A stretch of DNA of 64,000 nt from an uncultured candidate division Zixibacteria bacterium (GTDB taxonomy: Bacteria; Zixibacteria; MSB-5A5; GN15; FEB-12), in assembly GCA_963664195.1 (NCBI GenBank), contig OY760907.1:3232001-3296000 (forward strand), given 5' to 3'. Made by a program: the position numbers and the translations under genes. Under the pieces are notes generated by a model. It searched no databases, was not told where the DNA came from, and saw only the letters and a program-made list of their open reading frames with translations. This document shows positions 37,144 to 47,355 of this stretch, one piece after another (the first letter of the stretch is position 1; each line of letters starts with the position of its first letter).

Positions 37144-38326
37144 GAGACTGTACTACGACAACCCGGGACTCCTTGAGTTTGATGCGGAGATAGTGGAGAC
37201 AGGTGCTCAGGAGTCCGGACTGTGGACGATCCTCGATCGGTCAGCCTTTTATCCAACCTCGGGCGGACAGATTCACGACACCGGCACTCTGAACGGAATA
37301 GAGGTAATAGATGTCATCGAATCCGAAGATGCGCGTGTCCTGCACATCACTTCAGAAAAAACCGGCGATCCGGGGGAGAAGGTCACCGGTGTTGTAAACA
37401 GAACCCGGCGGCGGAAGAACCGTCAGAATCACACGGCCCAGCATATTCTCTCCGGGGCCTTTGTCAAACTGTACGATCTTGACACCGTGTCTGTGCATCT
37501 GGGGGAGGAATACGCTAATATCGAACTGCCTGTAAAATCCCTCACCGAAGAACAACTACTCTCGATCGAACGTCTCGCCAATGAAATTGTCGCCGAGAAC
37601 TTTCCTGTCGAGATTCTCTCTGTTGATTCAAAGGATGCAGCCAACCTGCCCCTGCGGAAAACTCCCAAACGGTCGGGCAAACTGCGCATTATCCGAATAG
37701 ACCAATTCGATTGTTCAGCCTGTGGAGGAACCCATTGCTCCTGCACGGCCGAGGTGGGACTTATCAAGATTATCGGAGTAGAGAACATGCGCGGCCGCGT
37801 AGCTGTGCGCTTTCTTGCTGGCGATCTGGCGCGCGAAGACTACGCCAGTCGCTTCACCATCACAGACCGGATCAGCCGAAGGTTCACCTGCCATATCTCA
37901 GAAGTCGAGACCAAGCTCGACGGTTTCGCAATCGAAAACAAACTGCTCCGCAAGTCGCTCGGAGACACCCAGAAACAACTCCTGCCAATGAAAACCGAGC
38001 AGCTGGCTGCCGAGGCCGACACGAGCGGCCGGATTCCCTTGCTGGTGACTGAAGTCAAAGACGTCGACAGTTCCGTAGCAAATCAACTGGCCGGAATGAT
38101 GGCGGACAGAATCCACGGCCTTGCGGTCTTGTTAGTTGATGGTCGCTTGATCATGTCCGTTGCGAGCAAGACCGGTCTGCATGCGGGCAAGCTCGCCAGA
38201 GACGTCGCCGAGGGAACCGACCTCAAGGGAGGCGGCAATGAGCGCACAGCGCAACTCGGTGGGGCGCGCGCCGGAGAGATCGACGCATACAGGGAGAAGC
38301 TGCGAACGCTTATCGCCCATGAGTAG
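37136..38326 (+). CDS. AlaX-type alanyl-tRNA editing protein with C-terminal DHHA1-like domain
   Basis: TERLYY, FYPTSGGQ, HTAQH, CGGTH, KGGG. Confidence 0.9.
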   Translation: MTERLYYDNPGLLEFDAEIVETGAQESGLWTILDRSAFYPTSGGQIHDTGTLNGIEVIDVIESEDARVLHITSEKTGDPGEKVTGVVNRTRRRKNRQNHTAQHILSGAFVKLYDLDTVSVHLGEEYANIELPVKSLTEEQLLSIERLANEIVAENFPVEILSVDSKDAANLPLRKTPKRSGKLRIIRIDQFDCSACGGTHCSCTAEVGLIKIIGVENMRGRVAVRFLAGDLAREDYASRFTITDRISRRFTCHISEVETKLDGFAIENKLLRKSLGDTQKQLLPMKTEQLAAEADTSGRIPLLVTEVKDVDSSVANQLAGMMADRIHGLAVLLVDGRLIMSVASKTGLHAGKLARDVAEGTDLKGGGNERTAQLGGARAGEIDAYREKLRTLIAHE

Positions 38327-41300
38327 ACTTGCAGTGACATTCTCCCTGGTACTGTGTTTGCTCATCGCAGCAGCCAGCAGCACACTCGCACAGGAAAATC
38401 GGCTAAAAATCCAACATCAGGATGTGTTTGAAGTCGTCTTCTCCAAGGTACCGGGACAGCCAGATACGTCGTTTGCTTTTGGCTCGGTCGTTTTGGAGAC
38501 AGCTTCCGGTATTATGATCTATTGCGACACCGCCATTTACGCCGTTGGGGCCGATGCCCGTCTCAAGGGACGAGTGGTGATCGACGACATCACTTTCCGT
38601 CTGGCTGCTGAAGATTCCGTCTTCTACGATATCAAAACCGAACGCGCCACTGCTTACGGCGACTACGTCGAACTGTGGTCACGCGAGGATTCACTGCTGG
38701 CGGTGGGCAAGCATGCCTTTGTCGATCGCAAACGGGATTACTTCTACATGCTCGACCGCCCGACGGTCTACATGGACTATCCGGACACCGCCAACATGAC
38801 CGAGGTGATCGGGGATATCATTGAATACGACAAGGCCAACGGCGTCGCCGAAGCATACGGCAACGTCAAAATCAACTCCAATGACATCAATGCCACTTCC
38901 GGCTGCGCGGTCATGCGCCCCGACGAGCACACGCTCGATCTGTACGATCAACCGAAAGTCATCCGCAGGCGAAGCGAAATCACCGGCGGTTTCATCTCGG
39001 TCAATATGGATGCCGGCGTTATCAAGCAGGTCGATGTCATCGACTCGGCCTACGCCGAGTTCGTCGAGCCGACCGACTCCACCCAGATGTATTTTGACCG
39101 GTCAATTCTCTCCGGCAAACGGCTCATTCTTGATTTCGAGTACGGTCAACTCAAGTACGCCACCTGCCGTGGAGAAGCCTACTCATGGTACTATCCCTGG
39201 GCGGCACAGGGAGCCGAGACGACAGAGAACGAAGTGTCAGGTGACTCTATTCAGTTTTTGATTAACAATGACGCACTGGAACAGGTGGACGTGGTTGGCG
39301 GCGCGGTCGGCACGTATCTCAGTTCCACGCAAGTGCAGGCGGACTCACTCATCACCGTTATGACGGACACAGTCAACTACCGGGGCGAACATATCGTATA
39401 CAACCTGCCGGACTCCGTTATCACCCTGCGTTTGAACGCGCAGACAGAATCTGACAATATCGTCTTGGGCGCGTACTTGATTGATCTGGACACGCGGGCG
39501 AAGATCATTGAGGCGTACTCGGCGTCAGCATCACGAGACTCACTCACTTACGAGAACATCTTCGCCAACCAGCTTCAGCCGAACGATATCCCGGTCGTCT
39601 TGAAAGACGCGGAAAAAGACATGCTCGGCGATTACCTCCGCTACTCGATAGATACAAAAAAGGGCCGGATTGTTACCTCGAAGTCCGAATACGAGAAGGG
39701 GATATTCTACGGCCACAACCTGTATCGCCAGACTGAAAAAGTGTTCTACCTCGAACAGGGTCGGTACACCACCTGCGACGCAGAAGAACCACACTTCCAT
39801 TTTTCGATGAAGCACATGAAGCTGATCGAGGGCAATCGTTTGATTGCCAAACCGGTCACGCTCTATATCGGGCGGCTGCCGGTCTTTGCCCTCCCGTACT
39901 ACGTCTTTCCGTTGGAGAAGGGTCGACATTCCGGGATGCTTCCCTTCCAGTTCGGCAATATCGAACGGGGGGAGAGGTATGTCAAAAACGTGGGGTATTA
40001 CTGGGCCGCCTCAAAGTACTGGGACTGGCAGACCTCGATTGACTACTACGAAGAACGAGATCGGCTGAACTTCCGCAACATTCTCACTTACAAAAAGCTC
40101 TACGAGTTCGACGGAAAGACAACGTTTGAATGGGGCCGTGAAACAGCTTACAGCCGTTCTGTTGCCAGTGAATTGAAGTCTTCGCGGTGGGCGTTGAAGG
40201 CAAACCACAGCCAGACGATTTCTCCTTCATTCAGACTCTCTGCCAGCGCACAGTTGCAGTCAGACGCCACGTATTACAACGACTACTCGACGAACCTTGA
40301 AGATCGTCTGAACCGCGTCATCCGCTCCGGTGTGACGTTTAGCAAGAGATTCAGCAAATCAGTCACCTTGTCAGGCCGACTCTCTCATGATAATAACTTG
40401 GACACCGAGGCCCGTACTGATGTTGTACCGAGTCTGAACCTCTCGCTGCCGACCCTCTATCCTTTTGGCAGCGGCAAGATGAACGACGAGGGAGAGGTCG
40501 AACGCAGGTGGTACAACGACATCACGCTCCGCTGGAGTCCCAGCATGACCAATTACTCTCAACGGACGACATTCAAAGAGATCGTCAATCAGCTATATGA
40601 TACTACCGTAACTGCTGACACAACGATCGCAATCGACACTCTGACGAGTATTGCCGACACAGCCATCGCGTACGACACGACTATCTCCTTGGACTCACAG
40701 GATACTCTTTCATTCCGTTCGCGAAAGAAGTATACGCGTGTTGACCATAGTGTAGGACTAAGACTCACCATCCCACTGTTCACGTATATCAATATCCAAC
40801 CTTCAGTGAGCTACCGTGAGAGCTGGTACAAAATCTGGCATACCGATCAGTCCGATACGAAGGGTATCGACGCCTCCAGCACCTACCGCACTTACACCGT
40901 TTCGGCTGGCGCCACCCTCTCAACCGAACTCTATGGCACAGTGTATCCAAACATCTTCGGACTGCTCGGACTGAGACAGGTCCTGACGCCATCGCTTGGC
41001 TACTCCTTCACGCCGGACATAGTCACGCATCCGGACATTTCCGGCTACGCCGGAGGAGCCTCAGGCCTGCAAAGGCGCAGCCAACGGTTGAAGGTCTCGC
41101 TCAACCAATTGTACCAAGCCAAAATCAAGCAAGGAGATGTTGAGAAGGCCATTCAGCTGGTTTCCATCAACTCCGGTTTCAGCTACGATTTCGAAAGGGA
41201 TACCCGGCGGTTTAGCGATGTCAGTACCACTGTTAACTCTTCGCTGCTGAAAAAAGTCAGCCTCTTCGGCAGCATGAGGCACTCGCTCTACAAGCCAGAT

Positions 41301-41804
41301 TCCGATGATCTTGACTTCTGGAATCCCAGGCTGGAAGAAGTCAGCATGAGGGCCAACTTCTCTCTGGCTGGCAAGAACTTCATGTTTTCCGAGGCACGTG
41401 AGCAGGAATTACCGCGTGGCGCAGACTCAGCGTCACACATGGGGCAGAATCGGTCCGGCTACGGGGCGTGGAATCTGTCGGCCAGTTACAGCTTCACAGA
41501 GCGAAACCGACACTCCGATTACTATCGCAAAACGAATCAAATCAGCCTGAGCCTTAGATTCAACCTGACTCCCACGACAAAAGTCACTTACAGCCAGTAT
41601 TACGACTTTGTGGACAAGAAGACGATCAACAACCAGGTCAATATCACCCGCAAGCTCCACTGCTGGACTGGCGTATTTCACTGGGTGCCAATCGGTTCCA
41701 ACAAAGGATGGGGCTTCAAGCTGTTCGTCACCGACCTTCCGGATATCAAAATCGACCAGTCCGGAAACGCCTTGAGTTCCTCGTACTTTCAAGATACGTT
41801 CTAG
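38319..41804 (+). CDS. lptD: Large LPS-assembly protein LptD with extended OstA/LptA-like N-terminus
   Basis: Signal peptide; YTTCD..PHF, LPYYVFP..GRHSG, GYYWA, RKLHCW typical of FCB-type LptD. Confidence 0.8.
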   Translation: MSRLAVTFSLVLCLLIAAASSTLAQENRLKIQHQDVFEVVFSKVPGQPDTSFAFGSVVLETASGIMIYCDTAIYAVGADARLKGRVVIDDITFRLAAEDSVFYDIKTERATAYGDYVELWSREDSLLAVGKHAFVDRKRDYFYMLDRPTVYMDYPDTANMTEVIGDIIEYDKANGVAEAYGNVKINSNDINATSGCAVMRPDEHTLDLYDQPKVIRRRSEITGGFISVNMDAGVIKQVDVIDSAYAEFVEPTDSTQMYFDRSILSGKRLILDFEYGQLKYATCRGEAYSWYYPWAAQGAETTENEVSGDSIQFLINNDALEQVDVVGGAVGTYLSSTQVQADSLITVMTDTVNYRGEHIVYNLPDSVITLRLNAQTESDNIVLGAYLIDLDTRAKIIEAYSASASRDSLTYENIFANQLQPNDIPVVLKDAEKDMLGDYLRYSIDTKKGRIVTSKSEYEKGIFYGHNLYRQTEKVFYLEQGRYTTCDAEEPHFHFSMKHMKLIEGNRLIAKPVTLYIGRLPVFALPYYVFPLEKGRHSGMLPFQFGNIERGERYVKNVGYYWAASKYWDWQTSIDYYEERDRLNFRNILTYKKLYEFDGKTTFEWGRETAYSRSVASELKSSRWALKANHSQTISPSFRLSASAQLQSDATYYNDYSTNLEDRLNRVIRSGVTFSKRFSKSVTLSGRLSHDNNLDTEARTDVVPSLNLSLPTLYPFGSGKMNDEGEVERRWYNDITLRWSPSMTNYSQRTTFKEIVNQLYDTTVTADTTIAIDTLTSIADTAIAYDTTISLDSQDTLSFRSRKKYTRVDHSVGLRLTIPLFTYINIQPSVSYRESWYKIWHTDQSDTKGIDASSTYRTYTVSAGATLSTELYGTVYPNIFGLLGLRQVLTPSLGYSFTPDIVTHPDISGYAGGASGLQRRSQRLKVSLNQLYQAKIKQGDVEKAIQLVSINSGFSYDFERDTRRFSDVSTTVNSSLLKKVSLFGSMRHSLYKPDSDDLDFWNPRLEEVSMRANFSLAGKNFMFSEAREQELPRGADSASHMGQNRSGYGAWNLSASYSFTERNRHSDYYRKTNQISLSLRFNLTPTTKVTYSQYYDFVDKKTINNQVNITRKLHCWTGVFHWVPIGSNKGWGFKLFVTDLPDIKIDQSGNALSSSYFQDTF

Positions 41805-41970
41805 CGTCAGAGCATCCGGCGCCTGACGTCAGACGAAAAAACCTGTTTTGCCCCTGTTTCAGGCTATTTACACCCAGTTTTTTAGTTGACACTATTCACT
41901 AAAGCCCGGTTTTTCCTCGTATATACTACTCAAACCTTAATTTGGAAAGTAACAGGAAGGACCCGTCACT

Positions 41971-42246
41971 ATGACCAAGGAAGAGATGATTGGAGTAATG
42001 GCCGAGCGTTCTGGCATTTCAAAGAAGCAGGCCACCGAAGCGCTGACAGCGTTCATGGATAACATCACCGGGCAGTTGAAGCAGGGCGAGAAGGTCAGTT
42101 TCGCCGGATTTGGCACCTTCGCCGTATCCGCCCGCAAGGCCCGTACCGGTCGCAACCCGCAGACCGGCGCCGAGATCAAAATCCCGGCCACCAACGTTCC
42201 GGTCTTCAGAGCCGGCAAGAACCTCAAGGAAGCCGTACGGAAGTAA
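41971..42246 (+). CDS. hup: DNA-binding protein HU
   Basis: GFGTF, ARTGRNPQTG, PVFRAGK. Confidence 0.96.
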   Translation: MTKEEMIGVMAERSGISKKQATEALTAFMDNITGQLKQGEKVSFAGFGTFAVSARKARTGRNPQTGAEIKIPATNVPVFRAGKNLKEAVRK

Positions 42247-42273
42247 GCATACTCCGTACGCAAGGTATGGAAG

Positions 42274-42305
42274 AGGCAGGGCAAGCAAACCCTGCCTTTT
42301 CTTTT
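42274..42305 (+). terminator. Intrinsic terminator after hup
   Basis: AGGCAGGG-8 nt-CCCTGCCT followed by TTTCTTTT. Confidence 0.75.
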
Positions 42306-42354
42306 CGGTTTTTATCGTTGCTAGAGAGGCGAAAAACGGCGATTATCACCCCTG

Positions 42355-44670
42355 ATGGCCAGACGTAAGAAAAAGAAAATCGAGTTCAATCAGCGACGAA
42401 AACAGATACTGGGCGCATTCATATTCCTTGCAGCCCTGTTGATTCTGATATCGCTCGTTACTCACGGTGAGTTGGACGACGCCCGAATTACCGGTGAAGT
42501 CGACGGACAGCTCGATCCGTTTGAAATCCAGTACCACAACCAGGCGGGTATGCTCGGCGCATACCTTTCATACTCAATGACCGTCATTCTGGGCTGGCTG
42601 GCGTTTTTTATCCCGATAGGCCTGATTCTGATTTCCTTGAGGCTGTTCTCGTCTGAGATGGTCCGCAAACTGGAGATCAACAGCTCCCTTCTGTTTGTGG
42701 TGGCCGTCCTCGGAACGCTAATATACAATGTTCATCAGGTGGCAAATCCGACGGTCGGCTATGAAACCGGCGCCATCGGCGGCTATCTTGTTATCAAACT
42801 TACTGAATTCTCGGTCAAAGTGGTGGGCGAACTGGGCAGTTATCTGGTTGCCAGCGGATTGATACTCATTCTGTTGATGACGTACACCTCGATCACACCC
42901 CTGCTCGCAGTCAGGCTGAAGCTACCGTGGAGAGCTTTCTTCCAGCGAGTGGTGTCGACTCTGGGTGAGGGGTGTCGCAGAGTTTTCTCGTTTGATTGGA
43001 TCATGCCATCGCGGGATGAATCAGACGAAGAAGAAGACACGCGCGAGTACGTGGAACCAACTCGCCGGGCAAACGAATCTGCTCAGATATCGACATCGCC
43101 TGACAAGCCCACGCAGTTCGCCATCGACACGCCCCCGGAAGGCGAAAAGCCTCTGAAGACCGGCAAGACCAAAACTACGATAAAGCGGACATCAGAGCCG
43201 GTGCAGATCAAGTCAATGAATTACACCTATCCCGGCCTTGACCTCATGCAGGACGCAGTGATTTCCGGCAAGCTGGTCACGCCGGAAGAACTTGAAATGA
43301 CCGCCCGGATGCTTAAAGAAACACTTGAAACATTTCAGGTAACTATCCAGGGGGACATAGCAACGTTCCCGGGACCGGTCATCACGCGCTTTGAATTAAA
43401 ACCTGCTGCGGGAGTGAAAATCAATCGCATTGTGGGGCTGGCCGACGATCTCGCACTTGCGCTGAAAGCCAAGCGGATCAGGATTGTTGCCCCGATACCG
43501 GGCAAAGCCGCTGTTGGTGTCGAGATTCCGAACCGCAATCCACAGTCGGTCTACCTAAAGGACATCATCAGTTCTGAAGCGTTCAACAACGGTAAGATGA
43601 TCCTTCCGCTGGCCCTTGGCAAGACCATATCCGGAAAACCGTTCGTGACGGACCTCGCCAGAATGCCACACCTGCTTATAGCGGGTTCCACCGGCTCAGG
43701 CAAGTCTGTCTGCATGAACGCCCTGATTACATCGCTGATCTATAGCTTGCATCCGATGCGGGTCAGGTTCGTGTTTATTGATCCGAAAATGCTTGAGCTA
43801 TCGATTTATAAGGGAATCCCGCATCTTGGCCGCCCCGTTGTGACCAACCCCAAACGGGCCGAAAAGGTGCTCGGGGATATCGTCGTAGAGATGGAGCGCC
43901 GCTACCGCCGTTTGGCTAACGCCTCGGTGAGAAACATTCAGGACTTCAACGACCGTCAGGAAACTGAAGAAGCCAAACTGCCCTATATAGTGGTGTTCGT
44001 CGATGAGTTGGCCGACCTCATGATGTCCGCAACTTCATCCAAGGTTGAGCTGTTGATCACCCGTCTCGCGCAGATGGCCCGCGCGGTCGGGATTCACTTG
44101 ATTCTGGCGACTCAACGGCCTTCGGTCGATGTTATCACCGGACTCATCAAGGCCAACTTCCCCGCCAGAATCGCCTTCCAGGTAGCGTCGAAAGTTGATT
44201 CCCGCACTATTCTCGATCAGAACGGCGCGGAAAAACTCCTCGGCAATGGTGATATGCTCTTCCTCAACAGCGGGCAGCCGGAGCCGGATCGTCTGCACGG
44301 CGCATTCATATCGAGCGAGGAAACGGAAGGACTAGTCTCCTTCATCAAGGAGCAGGGGATAGAGCCGCTGTTGCTCGAGGGTATCAGCCAGTCGGTTGGC
44401 GAAACGACAGAAACGGAGGTTGATCTTGGTGATCCATTGTTCCGTGAGGCATGCGAAGTCGTGATCCGCCACAAACAAGGATCTGTCTCGCTGTTGCAGC
44501 GAAGGCTGGGAATCGGCTACCAACGGGCGGCGAGATTGATTGACAAGCTTGAGCAGGCCGGAGTGGTAACGCCGTTCGACGGCTCCAAGGCGCGCGATGT
44601 TCTGGTAGACAAAAACTTCCTTGAGGCTATGTTTACTGGCGGCGTAAACAAAGTGCCGGACGAATCCTGA
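42355..44670 (+). CDS. ftsK: DNA translocase FtsK
   Basis: N-terminal TMs; AGSTGSGKS, IDPKMLEL, DELADLM, LATQRPS, gamma domain SLLQRRLGIGYQRAAR. Confidence 0.96.
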   Translation: MARRKKKKIEFNQRRKQILGAFIFLAALLILISLVTHGELDDARITGEVDGQLDPFEIQYHNQAGMLGAYLSYSMTVILGWLAFFIPIGLILISLRLFSSEMVRKLEINSSLLFVVAVLGTLIYNVHQVANPTVGYETGAIGGYLVIKLTEFSVKVVGELGSYLVASGLILILLMTYTSITPLLAVRLKLPWRAFFQRVVSTLGEGCRRVFSFDWIMPSRDESDEEEDTREYVEPTRRANESAQISTSPDKPTQFAIDTPPEGEKPLKTGKTKTTIKRTSEPVQIKSMNYTYPGLDLMQDAVISGKLVTPEELEMTARMLKETLETFQVTIQGDIATFPGPVITRFELKPAAGVKINRIVGLADDLALALKAKRIRIVAPIPGKAAVGVEIPNRNPQSVYLKDIISSEAFNNGKMILPLALGKTISGKPFVTDLARMPHLLIAGSTGSGKSVCMNALITSLIYSLHPMRVRFVFIDPKMLELSIYKGIPHLGRPVVTNPKRAEKVLGDIVVEMERRYRRLANASVRNIQDFNDRQETEEAKLPYIVVFVDELADLMMSATSSKVELLITRLAQMARAVGIHLILATQRPSVDVITGLIKANFPARIAFQVASKVDSRTILDQNGAEKLLGNGDMLFLNSGQPEPDRLHGAFISSEETEGLVSFIKEQGIEPLLLEGISQSVGETTETEVDLGDPLFREACEVVIRHKQGSVSLLQRRLGIGYQRAARLIDKLEQAGVVTPFDGSKARDVLVDKNFLEAMFTGGVNKVPDES

Positions 44671-44702
44671 GTAAACCTATAACGGATTCAACCGTATAAC
44701 CC

Positions 44703-45317
44703 ATGATGAATAAACGACTGATTATTACGGGCTTAGCTCTCTGCATGCTGGTAGCCACAGCCACCGGGGCCGGTGACACTTTTGAGAAGATCAAGAAGGA
44801 ACTGGCGGGGGCCGAGTTTTGTCGCATGGAGTTTCTTTCGATTCTCGAATCCGAGGTGTTTCAGTCTGTCGACACAACTCAGGGACACGCTTACTTTGCC
44901 GTTGATGGCCGTTATGTCGTCAAGATCGGGCCGGACACGTATCTATACGACAACGAGACTCTATACAGTTACTCTGAGACTCAGAATCAGGTCACGGTCG
45001 AGCGGCTAGCCCCTTCGCAGGCAAGGCGGGACGATGTTTCTTTTGTGACGCGTCTGGACGACTATTACGAAACGTTTCCGGTGACGCCAAACGCAGAATA
45101 CCGCCTTGTTAAAACGGTACAAGAAGCCGAGAGCATCCCTGACTCACTTCGCCTGTTTGTGAACGGTGAGTCCGGTCAACTTGATCGTATAGAGTTCATT
45201 GACCTGAATGAGGACATCAACCGGATCATTTTCCTTGATGTCACGGTTTCCGATATATGCGATACGGCCATGTTCATTCCCCAGTTCCCGGATTCCGTGG
45301 AGACCATCAGACTCTAA
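44703..45317 (+). CDS. lolA: Outer-membrane lipoprotein carrier LolA-like
   Basis: Signal peptide; YSYSETQNQVTV; canonical position after ftsK. Confidence 0.65.
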   Translation: MMNKRLIITGLALCMLVATATGAGDTFEKIKKELAGAEFCRMEFLSILESEVFQSVDTTQGHAYFAVDGRYVVKIGPDTYLYDNETLYSYSETQNQVTVERLAPSQARRDDVSFVTRLDDYYETFPVTPNAEYRLVKTVQEAESIPDSLRLFVNGESGQLDRIEFIDLNEDINRIIFLDVTVSDICDTAMFIPQFPDSVETIRL

Positions 45318-45321
45318 CGTC

Positions 45322-46659
45322 ATGAAATTTTTCCTGCACAAACTGGGCTGTCCCAAGAACGATGTGGACGGCGACTACATTTCCGCCCGCCTGATTGCTG
45401 AAGGGCACCAACCTGTCGAGGATCCAGACGAGGCCGATTCGATAATCGTCAATACGTGCGGCTTCATCCAGTCGGCCAAGGAGGAGTCAATTGAGGAAAT
45501 CCTCCGTCTGGGTCAGTTGAAGAAGGAGGGCAATCTCAAAACCCTTTACGCCACAGGCTGTCTTACGCAGCGATACGGCGACGAGATGCTGAAAGATATG
45601 CCGGAATTGGACGGTGCATTCGGTCACGGGGCGCTGGATTCGATCGCCAGGGCCGTGTCGGGGAATATCCCGGAGCGCAAAACCGTCAGGATCGAAACGC
45701 GTAAGCTCGGCTTCCTGAGTTGGAAGGATCGCTTCATTGCCGATGGCTACCCGTACTCATATCTCAAGATATCCGACGGTTGTGACCGTGGCTGCACCTA
45801 CTGTGCCATTCCGGGCATGCGGGGGAAATTCCGGAGTCGTCCGGCGGATTCGATCCTTACCGAGGCTGAGTTCCTCGCAAAAAACGGCAAACGGGAGTTG
45901 ATACTCGTATCGCAGGAAGCTACGCTCTGGGGTTATCGTTTGGACCAGAAATCCAACATTGTCGATCTCCTGAGACAACTCGATGAAGTAGACGGTGTGG
46001 ATTGGATACGGCTGATGTACCTGTATCCTTCGCAAGTGAGCCATGATCTGATTGAGTATCTGGCCGCCGACAACAAGACATTGAACTATTTTGACCTGCC
46101 GCTTCAGCATGTGAACACGGAGTTGCTGAAAGCAATGCATAGACCGATTGACCGTCCGAAGACCGACAAGCTGCTTCAGACCATCCGTGAGAAGGCACCC
46201 GGAGCTACCATCAGGACAACGTTCATAGTCGGCTTCCCCGGTGAAACCGACGAGCAATTTGCCGAGTTGATGGATTTTGTCGCTGAGTGGAAGTTTGACC
46301 GCCTCGGTGTGTTCACGTATTCGCCCGAAGAAGGCACTCCTGCGGCTGAATATCCGGATCAAGTGCCGGAGGACGTCAAGGCCGAGCGGATGGACGAAGT
46401 AATGCGCCTGCAGGCCGAGATCGCTTTCGAGAAGAATAACTCCTTGATTGGCAATATAGAGGAAGTTATCATTGACACTGTTGATCCCATCGGATCGGCA
46501 ATAGGTCGAACCCGTGGTGACTGCCCGGAGATTGATCAGGAAGTGTACCTGGCGGCCCCGGGCGATAACGAACCGGGGCATGAGGCGGGGGACTTGTGTC
46601 GGGTGCACATTGACGAAGTAGACGGTTACGACCTTATGGGCACAAGGGTGAGGTCGTAG
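45322..46659 (+). CDS. rimO: Ribosomal protein S12 methylthiotransferase
   Basis: LGCPKN, NTCGFI, CDRGCTYC, IRLMYLYP, PEID, C-terminal TRAM. Confidence 0.95.
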   Translation: MKFFLHKLGCPKNDVDGDYISARLIAEGHQPVEDPDEADSIIVNTCGFIQSAKEESIEEILRLGQLKKEGNLKTLYATGCLTQRYGDEMLKDMPELDGAFGHGALDSIARAVSGNIPERKTVRIETRKLGFLSWKDRFIADGYPYSYLKISDGCDRGCTYCAIPGMRGKFRSRPADSILTEAEFLAKNGKRELILVSQEATLWGYRLDQKSNIVDLLRQLDEVDGVDWIRLMYLYPSQVSHDLIEYLAADNKTLNYFDLPLQHVNTELLKAMHRPIDRPKTDKLLQTIREKAPGATIRTTFIVGFPGETDEQFAELMDFVAEWKFDRLGVFTYSPEEGTPAAEYPDQVPEDVKAERMDEVMRLQAEIAFEKNNSLIGNIEEVIIDTVDPIGSAIGRTRGDCPEIDQEVYLAAPGDNEPGHEAGDLCRVHIDEVDGYDLMGTRVRS

Positions 46660-46710
46660 AGGACTATCGGACCTGACGGAAACGGAGCAGGGAGCGTTAC
46701 GGAGCAAAGC

Positions 46711-47355
46711 ATGATTCAATACGAGAAACTGGGGATATTCTTATCGAAGCCTATCGCCTTCCTCCTCGTGGTTATTTACCTGGTGCAATCGGGCCTGTTG
46801 GTCTACCTGATCGCCGACAAGTTCGAGCTTGAAGAACAGATAGCTTTCCAACAGAAGCGAATCGGCGAGCTTGAAGAGCGGCTTCAGATTTTCAAGGCAA
46901 TTGACGATTTCCAAATAGGTTTCAACAACGAAGAAGTCGGTCAGTTGACCGATGTCATCTACGACGAGAGCAAGAAATACCAGTATGACCCAATGTTCGT
47001 TCTGGCGGTGATCCTTACCGAGTCCTCATTCAAAAGGGGACAGATTTCGGCCAGCGGCGCCCGCGGCCTGATGCAGGTCATTCCCTACGTGGGAGAGGAT
47101 GTCGCTACGCGTGCGGGAGTCGACTGGACGGGGACAGAGACGTTATACGAGCCGGAAGCTAACATCAAGGTGGGTACACTCCACTTGTTTGAGCAGATTC
47201 TGAAATTCGGTGATGTCAAGAAGGCGCTCGTGGCCTATAACATGGGGGAGACAAGGCTCCGCTCACTCATGCGGAAAAACCAGCCTCTACCGAAACGTTA
47301 CCTCAATCGAGTTGTAGAATACTACAATATGCTCAAGGAGAATTATCAGGTTTGA
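46711..47355 (+). CDS. Lytic transglycosylase (SLT domain), membrane-anchored
   Basis: ILTESS, GARGLMQV, AYNMG. Confidence 0.9.
   Translation: MIQYEKLGIFLSKPIAFLLVVIYLVQSGLLVYLIADKFELEEQIAFQQKRIGELEERLQIFKAIDDFQIGFNNEEVGQLTDVIYDESKKYQYDPMFVLAVILTESSFKRGQISASGARGLMQVIPYVGEDVATRAGVDWTGTETLYEPEANIKVGTLHLFEQILKFGDVKKALVAYNMGETRLRSLMRKNQPLPKRYLNRVVEYYNMLKENYQV

Noticed and set aside
41801..41828. CTAG-CGTCAG..CTGACG hairpin after lptD as another REP copy
   Set aside because: Only a 6-bp stem and no exact GTAG; too degenerate to call
45757..46719. 320-aa minus-strand ORF
   Set aside because: Antisense to rimO
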